Virus record (IMG/VR): IMGVR_UViG_3300025769_000611
Location: 1-28,610 of that record
Direction: 5' to 3' (one strand)
Source: a virus
Lineage: Duplodnaviria > Caudoviricetes
Length of the DNA stretch: 28,610 nt
The number at the start of each line of letters is the position of its first letter. The first letter of the stretch is position 1. Under the pieces are notes generated by a model. It did no database searches. It worked only from the letters and a program-made list of their open reading frames with translations, and was not told the DNA's origin. Shown here piece by piece: positions 9,752-18,591 of this stretch. A program made the position numbers and the translations under genes.

Positions 9752-9791
9752 AAGGACAAGGGCGGTTAACGCCGCCCTATGTCTTTTTTTT
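9752..9791 (+). terminator. Rho-independent terminator after MCP
   Basis: GACA-AGGGCGG ttaacg CCGCCCT-a-TGTC hairpin followed by T8 (9784-9791). Confidence 0.85.
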
Positions 9792-9810
9792 AATATTATA
9801 TTATTTTATC

Positions 9811-10557
9811 ATGACAACTAAAAAACAAAGCGCCAGCACTTGGCAAACTAAAAATAGACTATACGAGTTGAAAGGAAATAAAATTCCACCCGTATATGTT
9901 TTGAAATCAAAAAATCTATACTGGTTCGATGAAGAGCAAGGTATGGAAAGAGAAATTAAATACTGCAGAAACCAACAAACAGTTTTTGTAGACGAAATGA
10001 AAGGACCTCAGCGTCTTGGTCATATCGTATTTAGGAATGGAAAACTACTAGTTGAAAAAGAACAAGTTATTCTACAGAAGTTTCTATCTATTTACCATCC
10101 TAAAAACAACTTAGTATACGAAGAATACAACGCAGAAGCTGTAGCAGAAAGCGACATTGATATTATAGAACTACAACTAGAAGCAATGAACACGGCTAAA
10201 GCATTAGAAGTTGATAGGGCAGAGGCGGTGCTACGTACTGAGTACGGCTCTGACGTCACTAAGATGACTTCTAAGGAGCTTAAACGCGATGTATTAATAT
10301 TTGCTCAGAACAATCCTGAAATGTTCTTAGAATTAGTTAATGATGAAAACATTAACATTAGGAATATAGGCATTAAAGCTGTTGAGCAAAACATTATTAA
10401 GTTATCTGAAGATCAACGAACATTTAAATGGGGAAGTAATGGTAGAAAGTTAATCACTGTACCATTTGATGAAAACCCATACTCGGCATTGGCCGCATAT
10501 TTTAAGACAGATGATGGTATTGAAATTTACCAAACTGTCGAGAAAAAACTAAAATAA
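9811..10557 (+). CDS. Hypothetical virion-module protein downstream of MCP (248 aa)
   Basis: Clean ATG ORF between two hairpins, in the position of the conserved post-MCP gene of crAss-like head modules. Function not recognisable. Confidence 0.75.
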   Translation: MTTKKQSASTWQTKNRLYELKGNKIPPVYVLKSKNLYWFDEEQGMEREIKYCRNQQTVFVDEMKGPQRLGHIVFRNGKLLVEKEQVILQKFLSIYHPKNNLVYEEYNAEAVAESDIDIIELQLEAMNTAKALEVDRAEAVLRTEYGSDVTKMTSKELKRDVLIFAQNNPEMFLELVNDENINIRNIGIKAVEQNIIKLSEDQRTFKWGSNGRKLITVPFDENPYSALAAYFKTDDGIEIYQTVEKKLK

Positions 10558-10561
10558 CTAA

Positions 10562-10598
10562 TGTAGTCAAGGGCGGGGCAACTCGCCCTTAGGCTATA
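10562..10598 (+). promoter_or_regulatory. GC-rich RNA hairpin with GNRA loop and no U-tract (processing, stability or pausing element)
   Basis: TGTAGTC-AAGGGCGGG gcaa CTCGCCCTT-a-GGCTATA. Shares arms with the MCP terminator. Confidence 0.55.
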
Positions 10599-10613
10599 AT
10601 CAAAAAAAGAATT

Positions 10614-11636
10614 ATGGCTATCAACGTAAATAAAGTTTACAAATCCGTTTTATCAATATTGAACAAAGAAGAACGAGGTTACTTAACACCTTATGAGTTC
10701 AATAACTTAGCAAGACAAGCCCAGCTAGAATTACTAGATGGTTTGTTTTATCAGTACAACCAGTTTTTAAATATTGAAAACATAAATCGGACGAACGAAG
10801 GTTACGCTGATTTAGCAGAGAAAATACAAGAGCAGATAGATGAACATTATAAGTCTGCTACATTAACTCCATCAAGTGGCAAGGTTACTGTACCTACAGA
10901 TGCGTACAGAATATTAGATGTAACCATGCGTAATCACGGGTTAAAGGTAGAGAAGGTAGACAAAGTAAGATTACCTTTTTTAAAATCATCTCCTTTAACT
11001 AAACCATCAAGTACTTTTCCTATTTACTATCAAGAGGCAACTGAAGTTGTTTTTGATCCTAGTATTACAGAGAATGTAGCTATTAACTATGTTGCAAAAC
11101 CAAGTGATCCTAGATTTGGATACACCGTTAATGCACAATATGGTACAGAGATTTACGATGCTAATCCATTTGTTGATGGAGGTGTTATACTTGGTAGCAA
11201 GTCAATAGGCATAATAACTACTAACGCAACTGGTATAACGCCAGGCACTTACACCGCAACAGTTGGAACAACTACTGGAGTTTCAACAAGTGGAGACGGA
11301 GATGGTGCTGTCATAGAATTAGTTGCTACGGGCTTAGGCATAGGAAATGTTGAAATAAAAGGAGTAGGTACTGGATTTAAAAATGGAGACACTATTACTT
11401 TCACTGATTCGTTTTTAACTGGAGCAGCTAACGCCGTCACTATGACTCTTAGGATTCAAGACTTGTACGCTACTACAAATCAAGGTTCAACTGATTTCAC
11501 GCTGCACGAATCATTAGAGCCTAACTTAATATCTTCTATACTAGGGTATGCAGGTTTAATAATCAAAGATCCATCAATAGTACAAGGTGTAACTCAGTTA
11601 GCTACGGCTGATGCGATGAATAAAAGACAACAATAA
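10614..11636 (+). CDS. Tail tubular / head-tail adaptor ring protein (P22 gp4-like) with Gly/Thr-rich insertion
   Basis: N-terminus MAINVNKVYKSVLSILNKEERGYLTPYEFN, INYVAKPSDP and C-terminal DFTLHESLE..LISSILGYAG fit adaptor-ring proteins. Position after the head genes. Confidence 0.65.
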   Translation: MAINVNKVYKSVLSILNKEERGYLTPYEFNNLARQAQLELLDGLFYQYNQFLNIENINRTNEGYADLAEKIQEQIDEHYKSATLTPSSGKVTVPTDAYRILDVTMRNHGLKVEKVDKVRLPFLKSSPLTKPSSTFPIYYQEATEVVFDPSITENVAINYVAKPSDPRFGYTVNAQYGTEIYDANPFVDGGVILGSKSIGIITTNATGITPGTYTATVGTTTGVSTSGDGDGAVIELVATGLGIGNVEIKGVGTGFKNGDTITFTDSFLTGAANAVTMTLRIQDLYATTNQGSTDFTLHESLEPNLISSILGYAGLIIKDPSIVQGVTQLATADAMNKRQQ

Positions 11637-11642
11637 TAAAAA

Positions 11643-12767
11643 ATGGGATTACTAGGAACAACTACAGCAGAACAATATTATAGCCTGAGTCAAAAGTTTA
11701 CAACTACTTCTGCTCAAGTTACTAGCGGAGAATACCAGCTAACAGTACAAGATTTACCAAATGGCATCGATGGATTCATCATAGAAGATGACGGAGTAGA
11801 GGTCGATCAAGCTAATTACAGCTATGATGCTGTGACAGGCTTAATTACTTTTAGCTCTGGTAAACCAGCTTTAAGTTCTATAGTAAATGTAAAGTTTGTA
11901 GATAGATCGCTAGGCGATTATAGATATATAACACTAGAGGACTTTGTGAATAACTTCATGTATGGCTACACTGGAGAAGGCAAGGTATTGAACAAGGTTA
12001 GGAGATCAGACATATTGTTCCACGCTAAGCGAGGTATACAAGAGTTTTCTTACGATATATCTAAGATAGAAAAGATACAAGAAGTAGATGTTCCACCAAC
12101 TTTAACTTTGCCTATGCCACAAGATTACGTGCAGTATACGATGTTATCTTGGGTAGATACAGCTGGACTTGAGCATCCTATATTTCCAACGAGAGAACTT
12201 ACTAGTAGACCATCTCAATCTGTGGCGCAGGATGATGATGGTAACTATTTATTTAACAGTGACGGTAAGGTTACTGAAATAAATCCATCTGTTACTCAAA
12301 CTAGATTTCAAGATTTTGATTTATATACGTTTAGTGGTAATTTAAAAGACGACGACTACTGGTTATATACTCACTATATAGCTAATAGAGTTTTTAATAG
12401 AGGCGGTAGATACGGCATCGACGCTGCTAGAGCAAACTCAAATGGTATGTTTGTAGTAGATGAGGCTAATGGACAATTTGGATTTACTAGCGACATGGCT
12501 GGTAAAACTATATTGATTAAATATATATCAGATGGATTAGGTACAGATGCAGAAATGAAAGTATCTAAGCTTGCTGAAGATGCGCTGTACAAATATGTAT
12601 ATCACGCTATACTTTCAACTAAATTAAATATACCTGAATATCAAATCCGTAGAGCTCAAAAAGAAAGGTTCGCTGCAATGCGCAACGCAAAGATAAGGTT
12701 GTATAATTTCAATACTACGGAAATGATTAACGTGATGAGAGGTAAGAGTAAACATATTAAACATTAA
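11643..12767 (+). CDS. Tail ring / structural protein with N-terminal beta-sandwich insertion
   Basis: ILFHAKRGIQEFSYD, LPMPQDYVQY, ILIKYISDGLG, KLAEDALYKYV and MRGKSKHIKH resemble crAss-like ring proteins. Sits just before the stabilisation gene. Confidence 0.6.
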   Translation: MGLLGTTTAEQYYSLSQKFTTTSAQVTSGEYQLTVQDLPNGIDGFIIEDDGVEVDQANYSYDAVTGLITFSSGKPALSSIVNVKFVDRSLGDYRYITLEDFVNNFMYGYTGEGKVLNKVRRSDILFHAKRGIQEFSYDISKIEKIQEVDVPPTLTLPMPQDYVQYTMLSWVDTAGLEHPIFPTRELTSRPSQSVAQDDDGNYLFNSDGKVTEINPSVTQTRFQDFDLYTFSGNLKDDDYWLYTHYIANRVFNRGGRYGIDAARANSNGMFVVDEANGQFGFTSDMAGKTILIKYISDGLGTDAEMKVSKLAEDALYKYVYHAILSTKLNIPEYQIRRAQKERFAAMRNAKIRLYNFNTTEMINVMRGKSKHIKH

Positions 12768-12771
12768 TTAA

Positions 12772-15700
12772 ATGCCTGAAATTAAACAGAATTTTACTAG
12801 AGGTAGAATGAACAAAGACCTCGATGAGAGGTTAATACCTAAAGGAGAGTATAGAGAAGCTCAGAATATTCATATAATAGAATCTGAAGGTTCTGATGCA
12901 GGTGCCATTGAAAATGTATTAGGCAATTTAAAAGTTAATGGCGTCATAGCACCAGACTTAACTGGCGATGGATCTACTTTGTTAACTGGTAGTGGTTATG
13001 AAGTTATAGGCTACTGCAAAGATTTAAGAAATAAAAGAGTAGTATATTTTATAACTAACTTCACTAGTGACTCTTTTACTGATGATATAAGATCAATAAC
13101 TAGAGCTCAAAAAGCTGGAACATCAAACTACAGTGCTGACATTGAAGAGCATTGCGCTATAATACTATATGACTTAGAAACAAAAAATAATAGTACTTTG
13201 GTTTTTGGATCTTGGCTGAATTTCAGTAAGAACCACTTAATAACAGGCGTAAGCATTATAGATAATTTATTGTTTTGGACTGATAACTTGAATCAACCAA
13301 GAAAAATAAATATAAACACGGCTTTAGAAAATTACGTATCTCACGAAGATCAATATTATGACTGTGAAGAAACAGTAAGTGTAGCTAAATACGCTCCTTA
13401 TAAAACTATATTCTTGCATAACGACGCAGGTACAGCAGGTACTAGTAGAGACACTAGCGATGATTACTCTGAGTATATGAAAGAAAGATTTATAAGATTT
13501 TCTTACAGATATAGATACGACGATGGGGAATATTCTTTGATTGCTCCATTTACTCAGTCAATATTCGAGCCTTTAAATTCTGGCTTAATAACTAATAGTA
13601 GCAATGACAATGAAAAAAATGCAACATCTGGCGAGCCTGAGGTTTTAACAGGTAAGAAAGAAATATACAAAAAAGGCATAGTAGATATTATGCAGAATAG
13701 AATCAACAAAGTTGATCTTAGAATACCTTTGCCTAATAAAAACGAATTTGCTACTACATCACCTGGTAGTACATATACGAATCCATACCATATACAAGAA
13801 ATAGAAATACTACTAAAAGAATCTAACAGTACGTCTTTTAAGCTAGTCAAATCTATACCTATATCAGATATAGAATCTAGTGAAATAGAAGTATACACTG
13901 TTCAACCTAAAAGTACTAGTTCTTTATATTATAGACAAGTATTTAAATATACTTATAACTCTTCAGAGCCAATACAATTATTGCCAGAAGATCAAATAAG
14001 CAGAACATATGATCAAGTTCCTATACTTGCCAAAGCGTTAGACACTGTTAACAATAGGCTAGTATTTGGAAACTATGTAGAAAACTACGCGCATCCTGTA
14101 GATACTAAAGGTAATAAAGGTATGAACTACAAAGTAGATGTAGTAACTAAAGGTACTGTAGATCAAGCTAGTAAAATAAGTCCAGCTGCCGCTCCATATT
14201 TATATGGATTAAAGCAATGGATGAATAGCATATATAAATACCACACGCTAAAGCAAAGAAGAACGTATCAAGTAGGTATTGTTTTTTCAGATATATTCGG
14301 CAGACAATCTCCAGTTATACTTTCTTCCAATAAAAGTGTTGATGCGGATACAATAACTGCTCCTGAGGTTACAAGCGATTTCGCTTTAAATGCGGATGGT
14401 AAATGGAATGCAACTGACGACTGCTATGGTAATTCATTAGCTATAAGCTTTCAAGATAGACAACTAACAAGCGAGAGTAAATTCAAAGCAGACGTATCTT
14501 ATGGCATACCTTATAATCCTCATGGGTGGTATTCATATAGAATAGTAGTAAAACAACAAGAGCAAGAGTACTATAATATATATGCACCTCATACCTTTGA
14601 TGGTTGGAACAATATAACAGAGCAACCAGAAGACACATTAACTGGAGGTCGTAGTTGGTTGTTTTTACATGGAGATAACGTAAACAAAGTTCCAAGATCT
14701 TTAAATGATACGGATCTTAATAGAGACGGAACAATGGGTTCCGACGTTAGGTTGTATCCTAAAGTTATATTTAAACTTGTAGGATCTCATCTCAATAATC
14801 CACCTGATGATAGAGGAGAATCTAAAACAAATGATTCATATCACGAACTCACAGAGGTAATAAGCCTTGGCACAGCATACGAGCAAAACTTATATATTTC
14901 TGGAGATGATAATAAATCTGGAACTGGTGGTTTTACTGTTTATAAGTTCGTGTATGGTAAAGATAAAAACCCTTTAGTAGCAGAACTACAAAACATGAAA
15001 GCATATACTGGAAGTACCAGTAATAACAAAGCTAATGTGTTTTTTGCTAGAACAGACAAGACTAAATCAATTTCATTCAACTTAGACGCGGACCAACTTG
15101 GAAATGCAGCAACTATTATCAATGATCAACTAAATGGTTACTCTGTTAATTTCACTAGCTTAGCATTACACACTGATGTTAAAGTAGAAGATACTTTTGC
15201 TTCGCAACAAGAGATAAACTTATCCAGTCCACAGACGGTAAAAGATGCAGATAAATTAGTTTTTAGTAAATATTACGAAGGTCTTTCTGTTTTTGAAACG
15301 GAACCTTTTAAATCTAAACTTGACATATACTATGAAACTTCTACTAACGGGCTAGTGTCAGACTTAATGGACGAAATATTATTAGGCGTAGGAGATCTAC
15401 CCGATGACATAGACATAACGCAGCCTGATACTCTAAACCCATTACAGATAAGTACTAAGGAGGCGGGTTTTTACGAAAGCGCCACTTCTGGAACAGTTAT
15501 TGGTACGTTAAGTGCAAATCAAAATGGATCTGGTGACGGTAACTTTGTTTTTGCACTAGACAAGGTAACAAGGGTTAGCGATGGTGTTGATCATACTTCT
15601 GACTTTTCGATAGCATTAGAATCAGGATCTTATAAGTTGAAGACTGCTAGTACATTTGCATTTAGAAATGACTTAAACGATGTTTACGATGTTAGAATCT

Positions 15701-16488
15701 CTGTAACAGACTCTGGCGGAACAAATCATGAGACTATACAAGCTATCGTTTACAATGCAGCTCCTAATATAACAGCTCCTTCTAGTCCTATAGAGATAAC
15801 AAAATATGGCGGAGAAAACTCTAAAGTTATATATACCAATAATTCCATAGACAATGGAAGTAAAAAGCCAAGCGGATTTTTTAACAAGTATAAAAATGTA
15901 ACACCTACTTTTACTTTTGGTGATACGTCTTTTAATAAATATTTTAAGCTAGACAATATCGTAGATGGCAGCTATGAGCTTTTAACTACTGGTTTATGGG
16001 ATATTGCAAACGCAGAGACCTTCTTCGCTGGTAGCAATGCCGATAGAACTGTAACGCTAACGGCTACTGATGAATATGGATTAACAGACACAGCTACAGT
16101 ACGCATAGATGAAAACACGATAACTATAAAAGAAGGACAACTAGTAAGAACAGCTGGTCAAACTATAGATAATCTATGCGATGCAGTAGGAGGAGGCCCC
16201 GCAACGTATTATGCTACTAACTTCGCTGCTGTCATTGGCCCTAGCACGTTTGAAAATTGGTTAAATATAGATGTAGATCATATAGTTTATACTGATTACT
16301 CTTTACAAAAGACTATGCCAGAAGGTGAGTATTTTTACTTTGTAAGCAAAAATCCTTTAAAAGGAAAAGTAGCAACTATAGGAAGCGACGGTATTGTTGA
16401 TTCTGTTTCTTCTATTATTAACTTCGATCCTACAGAAGATTGTAATCCAAGTCTTCTTGAAAGAATCAGAGATATTCTTGGTGGTTAA
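12772..16488 (+). CDS. Tail stabilisation / muzzle protein, N-terminal part, with C-terminal cadherin-like domains
   Basis: Start MPEIKQNFTRGRMNKDLDERLIPKGEYREAQNI, LLFWTDNLNQPRKINI, RFSYRYRYDDGEYS, NRLVFGNYVE and YQVGIVFSDIFGRQSPV are characteristic of crAss-like stabilisation (P22 gp10-like) proteins. Confidence 0.75.
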   Translation: MPEIKQNFTRGRMNKDLDERLIPKGEYREAQNIHIIESEGSDAGAIENVLGNLKVNGVIAPDLTGDGSTLLTGSGYEVIGYCKDLRNKRVVYFITNFTSDSFTDDIRSITRAQKAGTSNYSADIEEHCAIILYDLETKNNSTLVFGSWLNFSKNHLITGVSIIDNLLFWTDNLNQPRKININTALENYVSHEDQYYDCEETVSVAKYAPYKTIFLHNDAGTAGTSRDTSDDYSEYMKERFIRFSYRYRYDDGEYSLIAPFTQSIFEPLNSGLITNSSNDNEKNATSGEPEVLTGKKEIYKKGIVDIMQNRINKVDLRIPLPNKNEFATTSPGSTYTNPYHIQEIEILLKESNSTSFKLVKSIPISDIESSEIEVYTVQPKSTSSLYYRQVFKYTYNSSEPIQLLPEDQISRTYDQVPILAKALDTVNNRLVFGNYVENYAHPVDTKGNKGMNYKVDVVTKGTVDQASKISPAAAPYLYGLKQWMNSIYKYHTLKQRRTYQVGIVFSDIFGRQSPVILSSNKSVDADTITAPEVTSDFALNADGKWNATDDCYGNSLAISFQDRQLTSESKFKADVSYGIPYNPHGWYSYRIVVKQQEQEYYNIYAPHTFDGWNNITEQPEDTLTGGRSWLFLHGDNVNKVPRSLNDTDLNRDGTMGSDVRLYPKVIFKLVGSHLNNPPDDRGESKTNDSYHELTEVISLGTAYEQNLYISGDDNKSGTGGFTVYKFVYGKDKNPLVAELQNMKAYTGSTSNNKANVFFARTDKTKSISFNLDADQLGNAATIINDQLNGYSVNFTSLALHTDVKVEDTFASQQEINLSSPQTVKDADKLVFSKYYEGLSVFETEPFKSKLDIYYETSTNGLVSDLMDEILLGVGDLPDDIDITQPDTLNPLQISTKEAGFYESATSGTVIGTLSANQNGSGDGNFVFALDKVTRVSDGVDHTSDFSIALESGSYKLKTASTFAFRNDLNDVYDVRISVTDSGGTNHETIQAIVYNAAPNITAPSSPIEITKYGGENSKVIYTNNSIDNGSKKPSGFFNKYKNVTPTFTFGDTSFNKYFKLDNIVDGSYELLTTGLWDIANAETFFAGSNADRTVTLTATDEYGLTDTATVRIDENTITIKEGQLVRTAGQTIDNLCDAVGGGPATYYATNFAAVIGPSTFENWLNIDVDHIVYTDYSLQKTMPEGEYFYFVSKNPLKGKVATIGSDGIVDSVSSIINFDPTEDCNPSLLERIRDILGG

Positions 16489-16502
16489 AACAAACAAAAC
16501 AA

Positions 16503-17876
16503 ATGGCTAAGCAAATAGAAATAAGTTATTATAATTCATTCGTCCTTACAGGATCTAACGATACTGGCTATTGGCACGTAGAAGAATCTAGAATAAAAGG
16601 AGACTTCAATGGTACATCTACAGACTACGGAGCCAGGGCCTATATGGTAGATGAAGACTATGCTATAAATAGAAGAGTAAATACAATGATACACTCTGAT
16701 ATTTATAATTCTAAAACAGATATAAATAATACTAATCAATTCTCTATAGCTAAAAGTATAACTAAATCTTTAGATGCAGCTAATGGAGCAATACAGCTTT
16801 TATATTCTGAAGATACTAATTTAAATATATTTCAAGAGCACAAAGTTAGTAAAGCTTTAATAGACAAGGATGCTATATTTACGGCGGAAGGAACTTCACT
16901 AGGCGTGTCTAGAGATTCCGTAATAGGACAAATATCAGCATATGCTGGTAGGTTTGGTATTTCAGATAACCCTGAAAGCTTTGCAGTATATGCTCATAGA
17001 AAATATTTCGTAGATAAGAACAGAGCAGCAGTACTTAGATTGTCTCAAAATGGATTAGAAGAAATATCCGATCAAGGTATGAGCACTTTCTTTAGAGATA
17101 ATTTAGAAAAGACTAGAATAAATACAGCTGGAGGAGCAGAAAAAGGAAGAGTGTACGGTATGTACGATGAAAGATTTGGACAATACATTGTTTCATTGCA
17201 GCATAGTGAATTAAAAGGAGGCAAAAAAACACAAACCAACTCTGCTACAACTACTGATGAAAATGGTTTTTTAACTTTAGGATACTCAGAAAAATCTAAA
17301 GGATGGGTTAGTTTTTATACTTATAAACCTACTTTTGGATTTAGTATGCTTAATCAGTTCTTTACATTTAATAGTGTTAACTTGTATAAGCAATACGAAT
17401 CTGCTACTTATAACAACTTTTATGAAAGCACGTATAACGATCCTTCTTATGTTACTTTCGTTATGAACGATAGTCCGAGCGATATAAAAACGTTTATGAC
17501 TATAAGTTACGAAGGTACTGAAGACTGGAGCATGGACAGAGCAGAAGCCGAGAGTGTTTCAAAGCCTGGCTCTACTTATAGCAAGCAAAGAGAACTAGCA
17601 TATAAAATACCTAAGAAAGGTGTGACTATATTAGATGCTAATGGCGTGTCTATAGATGTAGGTTTTGAACTCAAAGAAAGTAAATACTACAAAGAGCTAA
17701 AGCAAGAAGTTTTGCACTTAACGTCAGATTATAACGCAACATTTAATAGAAATACACTAAATACAACTCTTGGAATAAAAGGATACTACTTAGAAGTAGA
17801 TATGTTATATCACGAAGCTACTGGTAATGGTAAAAAAGTAGAGTTATATGCAGTGTCTAACCAAGTAAAAATATAA
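16503..17876 (+). CDS. Tail stabilisation / muzzle protein, C-terminal beta-propeller-like part, as a separate gene
   Basis: VEESRIK, NNTNQFS, GAIQLLYSEDTNLNIFQEHKV, GRFGISDNPESFA, YFVDKNRAAVLRLS.NGLEEIS.QGM and GWVSFYTYKP match the distal half of such proteins. Confidence 0.7.
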   Translation: MAKQIEISYYNSFVLTGSNDTGYWHVEESRIKGDFNGTSTDYGARAYMVDEDYAINRRVNTMIHSDIYNSKTDINNTNQFSIAKSITKSLDAANGAIQLLYSEDTNLNIFQEHKVSKALIDKDAIFTAEGTSLGVSRDSVIGQISAYAGRFGISDNPESFAVYAHRKYFVDKNRAAVLRLSQNGLEEISDQGMSTFFRDNLEKTRINTAGGAEKGRVYGMYDERFGQYIVSLQHSELKGGKKTQTNSATTTDENGFLTLGYSEKSKGWVSFYTYKPTFGFSMLNQFFTFNSVNLYKQYESATYNNFYESTYNDPSYVTFVMNDSPSDIKTFMTISYEGTEDWSMDRAEAESVSKPGSTYSKQRELAYKIPKKGVTILDANGVSIDVGFELKESKYYKELKQEVLHLTSDYNATFNRNTLNTTLGIKGYYLEVDMLYHEATGNGKKVELYAVSNQVKI

Positions 17877-17878
17877 AT

Positions 17879-18580
17879 ATGGGAAATTTTTTAGCAATGG
17901 CAGCAGCACAAGCAGGTGCAGGTTTAATACAGGCTATATCTTCTGGCTACATGGCTATGCAGCAAAAAGAAATGGCTGAAAGATATGAGAAGGAGATAGC
18001 CGAATTAGAGGCTAATCGTCAAGCAATACCTGATTTGTCAGAGTTCATACAAGATAGAAGTAGTCAAATACAAAACACAATGGCTAACTTGCAGGTATCT
18101 ACAGAAGCAACAAGATTGCAAGCAGAACAAACAGATCAAGCTTTAGAAAATCAAAGACAATTAGTATTACGTGGTGGCTTTGGATCTGGTGGAGCTACTG
18201 AGTTAGCTAGACAAGCTTTACAAAGTAAGCTCAATATAGCTGCACAATTAGAACAGCAGGAAGTTAGAAATATAATGTTGAGAGCTCAAGGAGAAGAATC
18301 TAGACAAAGGAGAATATTGCAAGAAGGAAGAAGAGTAGATGCAGCAAGAGCTGGAGCAGCTCAATTTGGATTTGCAGCGCAAGAATCTAGAGATATTGCA
18401 AAACTAAATAGAGCATCAGCGCTTATGGGACAAGCAGAATTCGCAAAAATGCAATACACGCAAGCTGCATTAGGTGGTGCAGGATCTGCACTTGGAGCTG
18501 GGCTTGGAGCAGGGTTTGGTGGTCAAGCAGGTAGCATGGATTATACAGGTGATCTTAATAAACTTGGTTTTACAGGGTAA
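17879..18580 (+). CDS. Putative DNA ejection / pilot protein
   Basis: Ala/Gly-rich hydrophobic termini (LAMAAAQAGAGLIQAISSG; GGAGSALGAGLGAGFGG) flank a Q/R/E coiled coil. First gene after the tail genes, as for podovirus internal proteins. Confidence 0.6.
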   Translation: MGNFLAMAAAQAGAGLIQAISSGYMAMQQKEMAERYEKEIAELEANRQAIPDLSEFIQDRSSQIQNTMANLQVSTEATRLQAEQTDQALENQRQLVLRGGFGSGGATELARQALQSKLNIAAQLEQQEVRNIMLRAQGEESRQRRILQEGRRVDAARAGAAQFGFAAQESRDIAKLNRASALMGQAEFAKMQYTQAALGGAGSALGAGLGAGFGGQAGSMDYTGDLNKLGFTG

Positions 18581-18591
18581 AAATAAATAAA

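Noticed and set aside
9720-9811. Frameshift or readthrough extension of the MCP into the next gene
   Set aside because: There is no slippery heptamer at the MCP end, the next gene's frame has a TAA at 9751, and a terminator intervenes.
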